DNA of 64,000 bases. It comes from Acidobacteriota bacterium. GTDB lineage: Bacteria > Acidobacteriota > Thermoanaerobaculia > Gp7-AA8. The stretch spans positions 1,701 through 65,700 of the forward strand of contig JACPDH010000050.1 in the NCBI GenBank assembly GCA_016184115.1, read 5' to 3'. A program made the position numbers and the translations under genes. Under the pieces are notes generated by a model. That model was not told where the DNA came from, made no database searches, and was given only the letters and a program-made list of their open reading frames with translations. Below are positions 26,392-35,101 of this stretch, one piece after another (within the stretch, counting starts at the first letter, position 1; each line of letters starts with the position of its first letter).

Positions 26392-28617
26392 ATGACGATC
26401 GATCCCCAACTGCTCGAGCAGGCCCGGTCGGCGGATTCCGACGCGCGCCACCGTGTCGCCGCGACCGTCGCGAAGAGCGACGACGGCGAGCATCTCGCAC
26501 TCGCATTCGAGCTTCTGGGCGACCGTGACTGGCGCGTTCGGAAGGCGATCGTCGAGGGGTTCCTGCAGCACACATCGGATGACATCATCCGCGGCTTGAT
26601 CCTCGCGCTTCACGATGACGCGAATGCGGGTAAGCGCAACTCCGCGACCGAGGCGCTCATTCGGATCGGTCAGCGCAGCCTCGAGATCATCCTGCGTGAG
26701 TTTCACCAGGAGCGCGATCCCGACGTCCGGCTCTCACTCGTCAATCTGCTCGGCGACCTCCGGAGCGACGACGGCCTTACATTGCTTCTCCACGTTCTCG
26801 ATGGCGAGGATGACATCAACGTACTCTCCTCGGCGGTCGCGTCGGTCGGCAAGTATCGCGACTCGCGCACGATCTCGAAGCTTCTCCAACTTCTCGGTCG
26901 CGACGATCTCTGGCTGAAGTTTCACGTCGTCGAGGCACTCGGACACATTGGCGACCGTGCGGCGTTGCCGTCGATCCTGCCTCTATACGCGGAGCCGTCG
27001 TTGCGCAAACCGGTGCTCGAGGCGATCGGACGCATCGCCGACGTCGGAACGGTCAACTTCCTGCTCCGGATCCTCAACGAGGAGTCGAAGCTCAACCTGA
27101 CCGCGCTTCGTGCGCTGATTCGCATCGCCCGCTCCGACAAGCCTCGCGTAATCGAGGCCGCGGAGAGGCAGATCATTCAGAGGATGTTCCGCGAGGCGTT
27201 CCCGAAGACCAAGATCGACGCGCTCGTCGACCACCTCGTGTCGACGCCAAAGCGCGACGTGAAAAACTTCATTCTGACGTTCCTTGGCTGGTCGGGCGAT
27301 GTGAGAGCGACGCACCCGCTTCTCGACCACCTCCAGCAGCCTGAGAGCGCCGACCTGGCCGCACAGGCGTTGATCGACCTCGGCGCCGTCGCGTCGCAGC
27401 AGGTGCTCGAAGCGTTGCAGAACAGCGACGACGACGAGATCACAGCGCTACTGATTCGCATCGTGAACATGGCGGGAGGCCCGGAGGCGATTCCGACGAT
27501 CCTCCAGTTCCTCGACCACGACAACTCCATGATCCGGAGGCTCGCGATCGAAGCTCTCGGCGAGATCCTCGATCCCGGCACGGTCGATTACCTCCTCGTC
27601 AAGCTCGACGATCCCGACGTCGCCTGCCAGCAGGCGGCGGTGAACTCCACTTCGGCGCTCGTCGCCGCGTTCCCGGAGATCAAAGCGGACACGCTCGCGA
27701 AGATCCGGCGCCTGCTCGGCTCGAATAACGTCCCGACGAAGCTCAACTCCCTGTCGATCTACGTCAACATCCAGGGCGAGGGCTATCACGACGAGCTTCT
27801 GCTCGCGTCGAAGGACGAGGACGCCGTGATCCGGCAGAAGGCGATCTCGCTGATGGGGAAGTTCAGCGACGAGCGTTTTGCCGACACGATGGTGCTATCC
27901 CTTGCCGACGAGTCGACCACAGTTCGTCTCGCGGCGATCGAGGCCATCCAGACGCTGAAGCCGGAGACGGGCCTGGCACCGCTGATCTCGTCGCTCGAGG
28001 ACACAGACATCTGGCTCCGCACGGCGGCGGCGCAGGCGCTCGGCGAGTACCGCGACGCGGCGATCGTCGAGCCCCTTGTGAGGCACCTCGAGACCGACGT
28101 GACCCCGGTGAAGATTGCCGTGATCGACGCCCTCGGCAAGTCGGAGAGCGAAGGCGCGCGCGACGCATTGCTGCAGCGGCTCGACGAGTCGGACATCGAG
28201 ATCCGTAAGGCGGCGATTCTGGCGCTTTCGCGGATTCCGGGCGAGACCATCTTCGAACGGCTCTCGGGCTTTCTGCTCGATCCTGATTGGCGGCTCCGCG
28301 CCGCCGCGGCGCTTGCGCTCGGGCAACGCGGGGACGAGCGGGCGCTCGGCGCGCTCCACCATGCGATGGAGACGGATCCCGACACCTTCGTGCGGCAATC
28401 GGTCGTCGCCGGCCTGGAGAAAATGGCGAGCCGCTCGTCGTTCCCGTATCTACTCGCGGCGATCGAGGATCAGGCTGTCCTCGACGAGATCTCCCACATG
28501 TTCGTGAAGCACAAGGAGAGCTACAGGGACCTTCTCGAAGATGCGTGGCGTCACGCCGGGAGCCGGCACGAGGTGATCATCGCGGCGATCCTTCAGTCGA
28601 TGCGAGCGACGGTGTGA
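26392..28617 (+). CDS. 741-aa HEAT-repeat (PBS-lyase-type) protein
   Basis: About 20 repeats of the D-x-x-V/I-R-x-x-A-x-x-A-L-G pattern (e.g. DWRLRAAAALALGQRGD, DIWLRTAAAQALGEY, DIEIRKAAILALSRI). Confidence 0.8.
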   Translation: MTIDPQLLEQARSADSDARHRVAATVAKSDDGEHLALAFELLGDRDWRVRKAIVEGFLQHTSDDIIRGLILALHDDANAGKRNSATEALIRIGQRSLEIILREFHQERDPDVRLSLVNLLGDLRSDDGLTLLLHVLDGEDDINVLSSAVASVGKYRDSRTISKLLQLLGRDDLWLKFHVVEALGHIGDRAALPSILPLYAEPSLRKPVLEAIGRIADVGTVNFLLRILNEESKLNLTALRALIRIARSDKPRVIEAAERQIIQRMFREAFPKTKIDALVDHLVSTPKRDVKNFILTFLGWSGDVRATHPLLDHLQQPESADLAAQALIDLGAVASQQVLEALQNSDDDEITALLIRIVNMAGGPEAIPTILQFLDHDNSMIRRLAIEALGEILDPGTVDYLLVKLDDPDVACQQAAVNSTSALVAAFPEIKADTLAKIRRLLGSNNVPTKLNSLSIYVNIQGEGYHDELLLASKDEDAVIRQKAISLMGKFSDERFADTMVLSLADESTTVRLAAIEAIQTLKPETGLAPLISSLEDTDIWLRTAAAQALGEYRDAAIVEPLVRHLETDVTPVKIAVIDALGKSESEGARDALLQRLDESDIEIRKAAILALSRIPGETIFERLSGFLLDPDWRLRAAAALALGQRGDERALGALHHAMETDPDTFVRQSVVAGLEKMASRSSFPYLLAAIEDQAVLDEISHMFVKHKESYRDLLEDAWRHAGSRHEVIIAAILQSMRATV

Positions 28618-28678
28618 GGCGAGCGCCGAGCCCTGGGGCCGACGCGCGGCCTCAGATCCCGGCACTTGGACGACCTGG

Positions 28679-29533
28679 ATGACTAGCGGATTCAACTTGG
28701 GGCTGAACCACCACCTCGATCTGCCGGACGACGTGTTCCGGCAGATGCGGGACGCGATCTACGCGCGCAGTGGCCTCTGGTTTGCCGAAACGTCGAAGTA
28801 CCTCCTGCAAAAGCGGCTCTCACCCAGGGCCCGCGAGCTCAACTTCGACTCGTTTCAGAAGTACTTCTATTTCCTTCAATACGATCCGCGAGCTGCGGCG
28901 GAGTTCGACCACATCTTCGATCTCGTCACCACGAACGAGACCTACTTCTTCCGCGAGCCGGCGCAGCTATCGGCCTTCATCGACGAGATCGTCCCGGAGC
29001 TGATCGCGGCGCGGCAAGTCAAGAAGGTTCGCATCTGGAGCGCTGGCTGCTCCTCAGGCGAGGAGCCATACACGATCGCGATGCTCCTCACCGAGCGCGG
29101 ATACTACGAACAGGCAGCGTTCGAGATATTCGCGAGCGACATTAATCAACAGGTCCTGTCGAAGGCTCGCAAGGGTCACTATCGCGAGAACGCATTTCGC
29201 GCCACGACACCCGAGCTGCGAGAGAAGTACTTCGCAAGAGAGGCCGACGGTTCGTGGCGTGTCGTGGACAGCATCAAGAACAAGGTCTCGTTCGGGCGGC
29301 TCAATCTCTACGACGCGTCGCGTGTTGCGCTCCTCGGTTATCTCGACATCATCTTTTGCCGGAACGTGATCATCTACTTCGACGACTCGTCGAAGAAGGT
29401 GGTGGTGGGGAACTTCTACGGGCGGCTGAACGTCGGCGGCTACCTGCTGCTCGGACATTCTGAATCGTTGATTTCCCTCTCGAGCCAGTTCAAGCTGAAG
29501 CACCTGAAGAACGACATGGTCTACCAGAAGTAA
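28679..29533 (+). CDS. cheR: CheR-type protein-glutamate O-methyltransferase
   Basis: TNETYFFRE, IWSAGCSSGEEPYTIAM, IFCRNVIIYF. Confidence 0.9.
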   Translation: MTSGFNLGLNHHLDLPDDVFRQMRDAIYARSGLWFAETSKYLLQKRLSPRARELNFDSFQKYFYFLQYDPRAAAEFDHIFDLVTTNETYFFREPAQLSAFIDEIVPELIAARQVKKVRIWSAGCSSGEEPYTIAMLLTERGYYEQAAFEIFASDINQQVLSKARKGHYRENAFRATTPELREKYFAREADGSWRVVDSIKNKVSFGRLNLYDASRVALLGYLDIIFCRNVIIYFDDSSKKVVVGNFYGRLNVGGYLLLGHSESLISLSSQFKLKHLKNDMVYQK

Positions 29534-29555
29534 CGGGAGGAAGGGCCCGCGACTC

Positions 29556-30590
29556 TTGATTCGAGCCATAGTCATCGACGACTCCGCGTACAACCGCGTG
29601 ACGATCTCCAGGCTTCTGGAGAAGCAGGGCGACGTTCGCGTGGTCGCAACCGCGGTCAATGGCGAAGACGGGATCAAGCAGGTCCTCAAGCACAAGCCCG
29701 ACGTCATCACGCTCGACCTCGAGATGCCGCTGCTCGACGGCTTTGCCTTCCTGCGCTGGCTCATGGCGAACAACCCGACCCCGGTCATCGTCGTTTCCTC
29801 GCGCGCGAGCGATCGCAGTGTGTTCAAGGCACTCGAATTCGGCGCAGTCGACTTCATCGCCAAGCCCGGCGGCCGCGTCTCCTCGAAGCTCGAAGAGATC
29901 GAACGCGATCTGATCGCCAAGGTGCGTCAGTGCGCCGAGGTGAAGCTCGAGAATGTGAAGTCGAGAATCGTCGAAGAGACGAAGCCGGAGGAACCTCGAC
30001 CGATGGTGGCGGGGCGCGCGGTCGATCTCATCACGATCGGCGCATCGACCGGCGGCCCTCCCGCGCTGCAACTCGTCTTCCAGAAGCTCCCTCTGATGCG
30101 AGTGCCAATCGTCGTGGCGCAACACATGCCGCCTACGTTCACGAGGCTCTTCGCGGAGCGCGTCGACCGGCTCACACAGTACAAGGTCAAAGAGGCCGAG
30201 AACGGAGAGGCGCTCGTGCCAGGTGTCGTTTACATCGGTCCCGGCGGGCGGCAGACCGAAGTCGTCCGCAACGGCGACGTCCTGAGGATCCGCCTCGCCG
30301 ACAAGGCGGGGGACGACCTCTATGCGCCTTCGGTCAATCGGCTCTTCGATTCAGCAAGTGATGCATGTGGCGACCGGCTGCTTGCGATCATCCTCACGGG
30401 TATGGGCGACGACGGATCGATCGCGATCAAAAAAGTCGCAGCGCGCGGCGGAAAGACCGTTGCCGAGGCCGCGGAAACAGCGGTGATCTTCGGAATGCCT
30501 GGGGAGGCAATCCGTACCGGAGTCGTGCAAAAGGTGCTCCCTCTCCCCGAGATTCCGGACGCAATCTTCGAAATCTGCACCACCGCCTGA
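29556..30590 (+). CDS. cheB: CheB-type protein-glutamate methylesterase (receiver + esterase)
   Basis: Receiver (VIDDS, ITLDLEMP, DFIAKP) plus esterase (IGASTGGP, QHMP, LTGMGDDG). TTG start. Confidence 0.9.
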   Translation: MIRAIVIDDSAYNRVTISRLLEKQGDVRVVATAVNGEDGIKQVLKHKPDVITLDLEMPLLDGFAFLRWLMANNPTPVIVVSSRASDRSVFKALEFGAVDFIAKPGGRVSSKLEEIERDLIAKVRQCAEVKLENVKSRIVEETKPEEPRPMVAGRAVDLITIGASTGGPPALQLVFQKLPLMRVPIVVAQHMPPTFTRLFAERVDRLTQYKVKEAENGEALVPGVVYIGPGGRQTEVVRNGDVLRIRLADKAGDDLYAPSVNRLFDSASDACGDRLLAIILTGMGDDGSIAIKKVAARGGKTVAEAAETAVIFGMPGEAIRTGVVQKVLPLPEIPDAIFEICTTA

Positions 30591-30650
30591 AGGCGCAGGG
30601 ATGGTTCGGGCGGTTCCAGTTGTGCTAGATTCTGCAAAAGGGCCGGACCG

Positions 30651-31469
30651 ATGACTACCGACGACTACAACCGTAAGGGTGAGAAGTTCCTCGAGCTCTT
30701 TAACAAGGGGAAGGAATTCACCGAGGAGCTCCTGAAGGAAAACCAGCGACTCCGCTATCGGCTTGCGTCGATGGAAGCGACCGGAACGCCAGTCGCGAAC
30801 CAGGAGGAGATCCAGCAGCTCCGGTCGCAGATCCAGAATCTTGCCGACGAGAATCGACGGCTTCACGAGCGCTTTCGCGAGGTTGAGGAAGAGAACAAGG
30901 ACTTCGCCTCACGCTACGTCGAGATCGAAGAGCAGAACAACAACCTCGCGAACCTCTACGTGGCGAGCTACCAGCTTCACTCCACGCTCGACTTCCGCGA
31001 GGTGATCCAGATCGTTCAGGAGATCGTGATCAACCTCGTCGGTGCGGAAGCGTTCGCGATTCTGCTTCTCGATGAGAAGACGAACGAGCTGAAGACGATC
31101 GCCTGCGAGGAGGAGAAGCCCTGGACGGGGCTCGAGAATCTCACCGTTCGCTGGGGCGAGGGAGTTCTCGGTAAGGTGGCAAAGAGCGGGGAAGCGTACT
31201 ACGTCAACCAGGACATCGAAGGTGGAGAGATCACGTTCGAGAAGCCGCTGGCGGCCGTTCCGCTCAAGATCAAAGAACACGTCATCGGGCTGATCGTGAT
31301 CTACAGCCTGCTGCAGCAGAAGGACTCGTTCTCCGCAGTCGATTACGAGCTCTTCTCGCTGCTCGCCGCGCACGCCGCGACGGCGATCTTCTCGTCGAAG
31401 CTCTATTCGCAGTCCGAGCGGAAGCTCAACACGATTCAGAGCTTCCTCGACCTGCTTACGACCACATAG
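30651..31469 (+). CDS. coiled-coil + GAF domain protein
   Basis: The N-terminal ~110 aa is heptad-rich and E/Q/N/R-rich coiled coil. The C-terminal domain is GAF-like (FREVIQIVQEIVINLVGAEAFAILLLD...VPLKIKEHVIGLIVIY). Confidence 0.7.
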   Translation: MTTDDYNRKGEKFLELFNKGKEFTEELLKENQRLRYRLASMEATGTPVANQEEIQQLRSQIQNLADENRRLHERFREVEEENKDFASRYVEIEEQNNNLANLYVASYQLHSTLDFREVIQIVQEIVINLVGAEAFAILLLDEKTNELKTIACEEEKPWTGLENLTVRWGEGVLGKVAKSGEAYYVNQDIEGGEITFEKPLAAVPLKIKEHVIGLIVIYSLLQQKDSFSAVDYELFSLLAAHAATAIFSSKLYSQSERKLNTIQSFLDLLTTT

Positions 31470-31517
31470 GATGCTGGAGCGCGAGGGCGCTCACGGAACC
31501 CGGGGTCAGAGGACCAG

Positions 31518-31907
31518 TTGATGGAAAATACAACGTTTCTCGTCGTAGAAGACTCGCCAACGATGAGACAGCTCATCTCGTTCTCGCTGAAGCGCTTCAA
31601 GAATGCGCGCATCATCGAGGCCGTCGATGGCGTCGATGCGCTGAAGAAGCTCTCCGGCGAAAGAATTGACCTGATCCTCACCGACATCAACATGCCGGTC
31701 ATGGATGGCCTCAAGCTCGTGTCGCTCGTCAGGCAGAACGCGCAGCTCCAGAGCATTCCGATCATCATCATCACCACGGAAGGCGCCGAGGAGGACCGCG
31801 AGCGCGGTCTCGCTCTCGGCGCCAACGCCTACATCTCGAAGCCCATCCAGTCGTCACACCTGATCAAGACGATCTCCGAGCTCCTCAGTACCGGCGCGAT
31901 CGGCTGA
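31518..31907 (+). CDS. CheY-like single-domain response regulator (second copy)
   Basis: LVVEDSPTMR, ILTDINMPVMDGL, IITTE, YISKP. Confidence 0.85.
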   Translation: MMENTTFLVVEDSPTMRQLISFSLKRFKNARIIEAVDGVDALKKLSGERIDLILTDINMPVMDGLKLVSLVRQNAQLQSIPIIIITTEGAEEDRERGLALGANAYISKPIQSSHLIKTISELLSTGAIG

Positions 31908-31930
31908 GGCTCACTCCCGCCGCGTGAATC

Positions 31931-31965
31931 AACGCCCGCCCTGGACGAGGCGGGCGTTTCGTTTC
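31931..31965 (+). terminator. rho-independent terminator ending the Che-like operon
   Basis: Perfect 10-bp stem AACGCCCGCC/GGCGGGCGTT with an 8-nt loop, followed by TCGTTTC. Confidence 0.7.
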
Positions 31966-32206
31966 AGAGGGGGCTTCGCGCATGTTTCAACTGTTTCAAC
32001 GTTGGCGTCGCGCTGCATTCCGCTGGAATTCGAGTGGCGATTTCTCTATATTCTCGGTTTCTGCGGCCTTGATCAGCCGCTGAACCCCTTAGCGCGAGCG
32101 TGTTTCTGGAACACGCCCGAAGCTCGCGCGGTTGAGATTCCGTAACCGGCGTCACACGCCGATGCGGCGTGCATCACGGCGCCGCATGTCCAGGCGAAAG
32201 GAACCG

Positions 32207-33151
32207 ATGCAACACGAAGACACGCAGTCCACGCCCGCGTGGCTCCGGCGCTTCACGAAGGTGACCGCGTTCTCCACGCTTTTTCTCATCTTCGCGGGCG
32301 CAATGGTCACCAGCACGTCTTCGGGTCTTGCCGTTCCCGATTGGCCGCTTTCGTACGGCAAGCTCTTTCCTCCGATGGTTGGCGGCATCTTGTTCGAGCA
32401 CGGCCACCGGCTCATTGCCGCGACCGTCGGTTTGCTCGTACTGCTGCAGGCATTCATGCTGCAGATGGCCGAGCCGAAACCGGTCGTACGAAACCTCGGC
32501 TGGCTCGCACTCGCCGCGGTCGTCGTGCAGGGCGTGCTCGGCGGTGTGACCGTGATCTTTCACCTCCCGGTCGCCGTCTCCGTCGGCCATGCGTCACTCG
32601 CGCAGATTTTCTTCTGCCTTGCTGTTTCGATCGCGTTCCTCACGTCGCGCTTCAACGACAGTCTCGAAATTGCTCCCGGGCTGACCGGCCTTCGCACGGT
32701 GTCGAAGCTCATCGTCGGAGCGATCTTCATTCAGATTGTGATCGGGGCGCTGATGCGGCACATGGGTGCGGGTCTAGCGATTCCCGATTTCCCACGTTCT
32801 CTCGGCCGGATCGTTCCGGAGTTTGCGAATGCCGCGATTGCGATCAACTTCGCACACCGCGCGTGGGGCGTCGTCGTCGCGATCGCGATTCTCGCGCTCG
32901 GGCCGATGGTGCTTCGGCGCGCCGTCGGACCGCTGCGTAGTATCTATGTGACGATGATGGCTGCCGTGGCCGCGCAGGTTCTCCTCGGTGCGTTCACTGT
33001 CTGGACTGCGAAGTCGCCGATCGTGACGAGCATGCACGTGATGTTCGGTGCCTTCGTTCTGGCGAGCTCACTCATCTTTGCCCTGACTGCCTGGCGAATC
33101 GAGCGCGACGCCGCGAAGCGCGCGCCGATCGGGCAGGAGGCGATGGCTTGA
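32207..33151 (+). CDS. ctaA: heme A synthase (COX15/CtaA family)
   Basis: Multi-TM protein with GLAVPDWPLSYG and HR...A His motifs, upstream of and overlapping ctaB. Start at MQHEDTQ; the track ORF opens at 32132. Confidence 0.8.
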   Translation: MQHEDTQSTPAWLRRFTKVTAFSTLFLIFAGAMVTSTSSGLAVPDWPLSYGKLFPPMVGGILFEHGHRLIAATVGLLVLLQAFMLQMAEPKPVVRNLGWLALAAVVVQGVLGGVTVIFHLPVAVSVGHASLAQIFFCLAVSIAFLTSRFNDSLEIAPGLTGLRTVSKLIVGAIFIQIVIGALMRHMGAGLAIPDFPRSLGRIVPEFANAAIAINFAHRAWGVVVAIAILALGPMVLRRAVGPLRSIYVTMMAAVAAQVLLGAFTVWTAKSPIVTSMHVMFGAFVLASSLIFALTAWRIERDAAKRAPIGQEAMA

Positions 33152-34035
33152 GCGCCGCGATCGCACTGGAGCGCCGTCCAGCGTCGTCCGTCGTACGCGA
33201 CTATCTCGAGCTTTCGAAAGCCCGGATCGTCTTCATGATCCTGATCACGACCGGCGCGGGCTATCTGCTTGCCGAGCCGTTCTCGTGGGCCATTCTCGCG
33301 CACGTCCTCATCGGCACCGCGCTCGTGGCTGGCGGCACGAACGCGCTCAATCAATGCTGGGAGCACGGCCTCGACGCACGCATGGCGCGCACGAAAAGGC
33401 GGCCCCTTCCCGCAGGGCGAATCACGCTTCGCGCAGCGATCGCCTATTCGGTCTCGATCTCCGTGGTTGGCATTGCGTACCTCGCGGTCGCGGTCAATCC
33501 GCTCTCCGCGCTGATCGCATTCATCACGCTCGTGTCTTACGTCTTCATCTACACGCCGATGAAGACGCGCTCGACGTTCTGCACGCTCGTCGGGGCATTG
33601 CCGGGTGCGATGCCGCCGCTCATTGGATGGGCAGGCGCCACGGGAGCGCTTGCGACGCCGGCATGGCTCATGTTCGGCATCATGTTTCTCTGGCAGTTGC
33701 CGCACTTCCTCGCGATCTCGTGGATCTATCGTGACGACTACGCGCGGGCCGGGTTCGAAATGACGTCGGTCCATGATGGCGACGGAAAGGCCACGGGCCG
33801 CCACGCCGTCGGGTACAGCATCGCGCTGTTGACGTTCAGCATGCTCCCCGCACTGCTCGGTCTCGGCACGGTCGCGTACTTTGCCGGTGCTCTTCTCGCG
33901 GGAGGCGCGCTCCTCTGGATCGCCGGCGTGTTTGCCGCGACGCGGACGATCGCGAGCGCGAGGAAGCTCTTCATGGTCTCGAACATCTACCTTCTCGTCA
34001 TCATGGCGCTGATGCTCGTTGGCCGGGTCAGCTAG
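33148..34035 (+). CDS. ctaB: protoheme IX farnesyltransferase
   Basis: UbiA-family motifs NQCWEHGLDARMARTKRRPLP and YTPMKTRS. Confidence 0.9.
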   Translation: MSAAIALERRPASSVVRDYLELSKARIVFMILITTGAGYLLAEPFSWAILAHVLIGTALVAGGTNALNQCWEHGLDARMARTKRRPLPAGRITLRAAIAYSVSISVVGIAYLAVAVNPLSALIAFITLVSYVFIYTPMKTRSTFCTLVGALPGAMPPLIGWAGATGALATPAWLMFGIMFLWQLPHFLAISWIYRDDYARAGFEMTSVHDGDGKATGRHAVGYSIALLTFSMLPALLGLGTVAYFAGALLAGGALLWIAGVFAATRTIASARKLFMVSNIYLLVIMALMLVGRVS

Positions 34036-34058
34036 CGGGCACGGAAAGGACGACCACC

Positions 34059-34631
34059 ATGCGTCGAGCGGCGTTCGCCGCGCTTCTCCTCATCAGCCTC
34101 ACTGCGTCGTCGTGTAAGTCGAGACGCGAGCTTCCGGTTCTCTACCCGGTCCCCGCGGAAACGCTGACGGACGACGCTGGACGCCCGAAGTCGCTCGCTG
34201 AGCTCACGGGACACGCGACGGTCTACGCGTTCATCTTCACGCGATGCGCGGGTGTTTGCCCGACGATGATGCTTTCGATGAAGTCGCTGGCAGCGGAAGT
34301 ACCGCAGAATCTCGCGGTTCGTTACGTCCTGGTCTCCGTCGATCCCGCATACGACTCGCCCGCGGTGCTTGCTGCGTACCGGAAGAAACACGGAGTGGGC
34401 GACGCCTGGACTTTTCTGACCGGAACCCGAGAACAGGTATCGACGCTCTCGATCGGTGGATTCAAGCTTGCCGCGCCACGAGATGGGGGAGAGCCTGACG
34501 AGCCGATCGTGCACAGCACGAAATTCGTTGTCGCGGATAAGAAGGGACAGATCCGCGGATACTACGACTCGTTCGATGCGGAGCAGCTTGCGGCGCTGCG
34601 AGAGGCGGTTGTGGCGCTCGCAAAGGAGTAG
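34059..34631 (+). CDS. SCO1/SenC copper chaperone (lipoprotein)
   Basis: Lipobox LTASSC, CxxxC motif FTRCAGVCP and a conserved downstream His (IVHST). Confidence 0.8.
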   Translation: MRRAAFAALLLISLTASSCKSRRELPVLYPVPAETLTDDAGRPKSLAELTGHATVYAFIFTRCAGVCPTMMLSMKSLAAEVPQNLAVRYVLVSVDPAYDSPAVLAAYRKKHGVGDAWTFLTGTREQVSTLSIGGFKLAAPRDGGEPDEPIVHSTKFVVADKKGQIRGYYDSFDAEQLAALREAVVALAKE

Positions 34632-34635
34632 TGCG

Positions 34636-35067
34636 ATGGATTGGGTGAGCTCGCTTCCGGCAGTGAACGCGTCGCTCAACGGCTTGAGCACGCTTCTGCT
34701 TCTCGCCGCTTACGTGCAGATCCGCCGAGGGAATCGCGAGGTGCACAAGAAGCTCATGCTTTCCGCATGCGCCTCTTCGGTGCTCTTTCTGATCTCCTAC
34801 CTCGTCTACCACAACAGCTCGGGGATGACGAAGTTCCTCGGTGAGGGGTGGAGTCGAACAGCGTACTTCTTCATTCTCGCCACGCACGTTCCTCTGGCCA
34901 TTCTCGTGGTGCCGTTCGCGGTCGCGACGCTCACGTTTGGATTGACGGAGCGTTTCGACAAGCATCGTCGCATTGCCCGGATCACGTTCCCGATCTGGCT
35001 CTACGTATCGGTCACCGGCGTGCTCGTCTATTTCTTTCTCTACCAGTGGTTCCCGTCGACACGCTGA
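34636..35067 (+). CDS. DUF420 membrane protein (cytochrome oxidase-associated)
   Basis: Four TM helices with NASLNGLST...HKKLM...YLVYH, in a cytochrome oxidase assembly gene context. Confidence 0.7.
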   Translation: MDWVSSLPAVNASLNGLSTLLLLAAYVQIRRGNREVHKKLMLSACASSVLFLISYLVYHNSSGMTKFLGEGWSRTAYFFILATHVPLAILVVPFAVATLTFGLTERFDKHRRIARITFPIWLYVSVTGVLVYFFLYQWFPSTR

Positions 35068-35101
35068 ACGCGGGTCGCGCGCCTTACGAGGCTAGTAGAC
35101 A

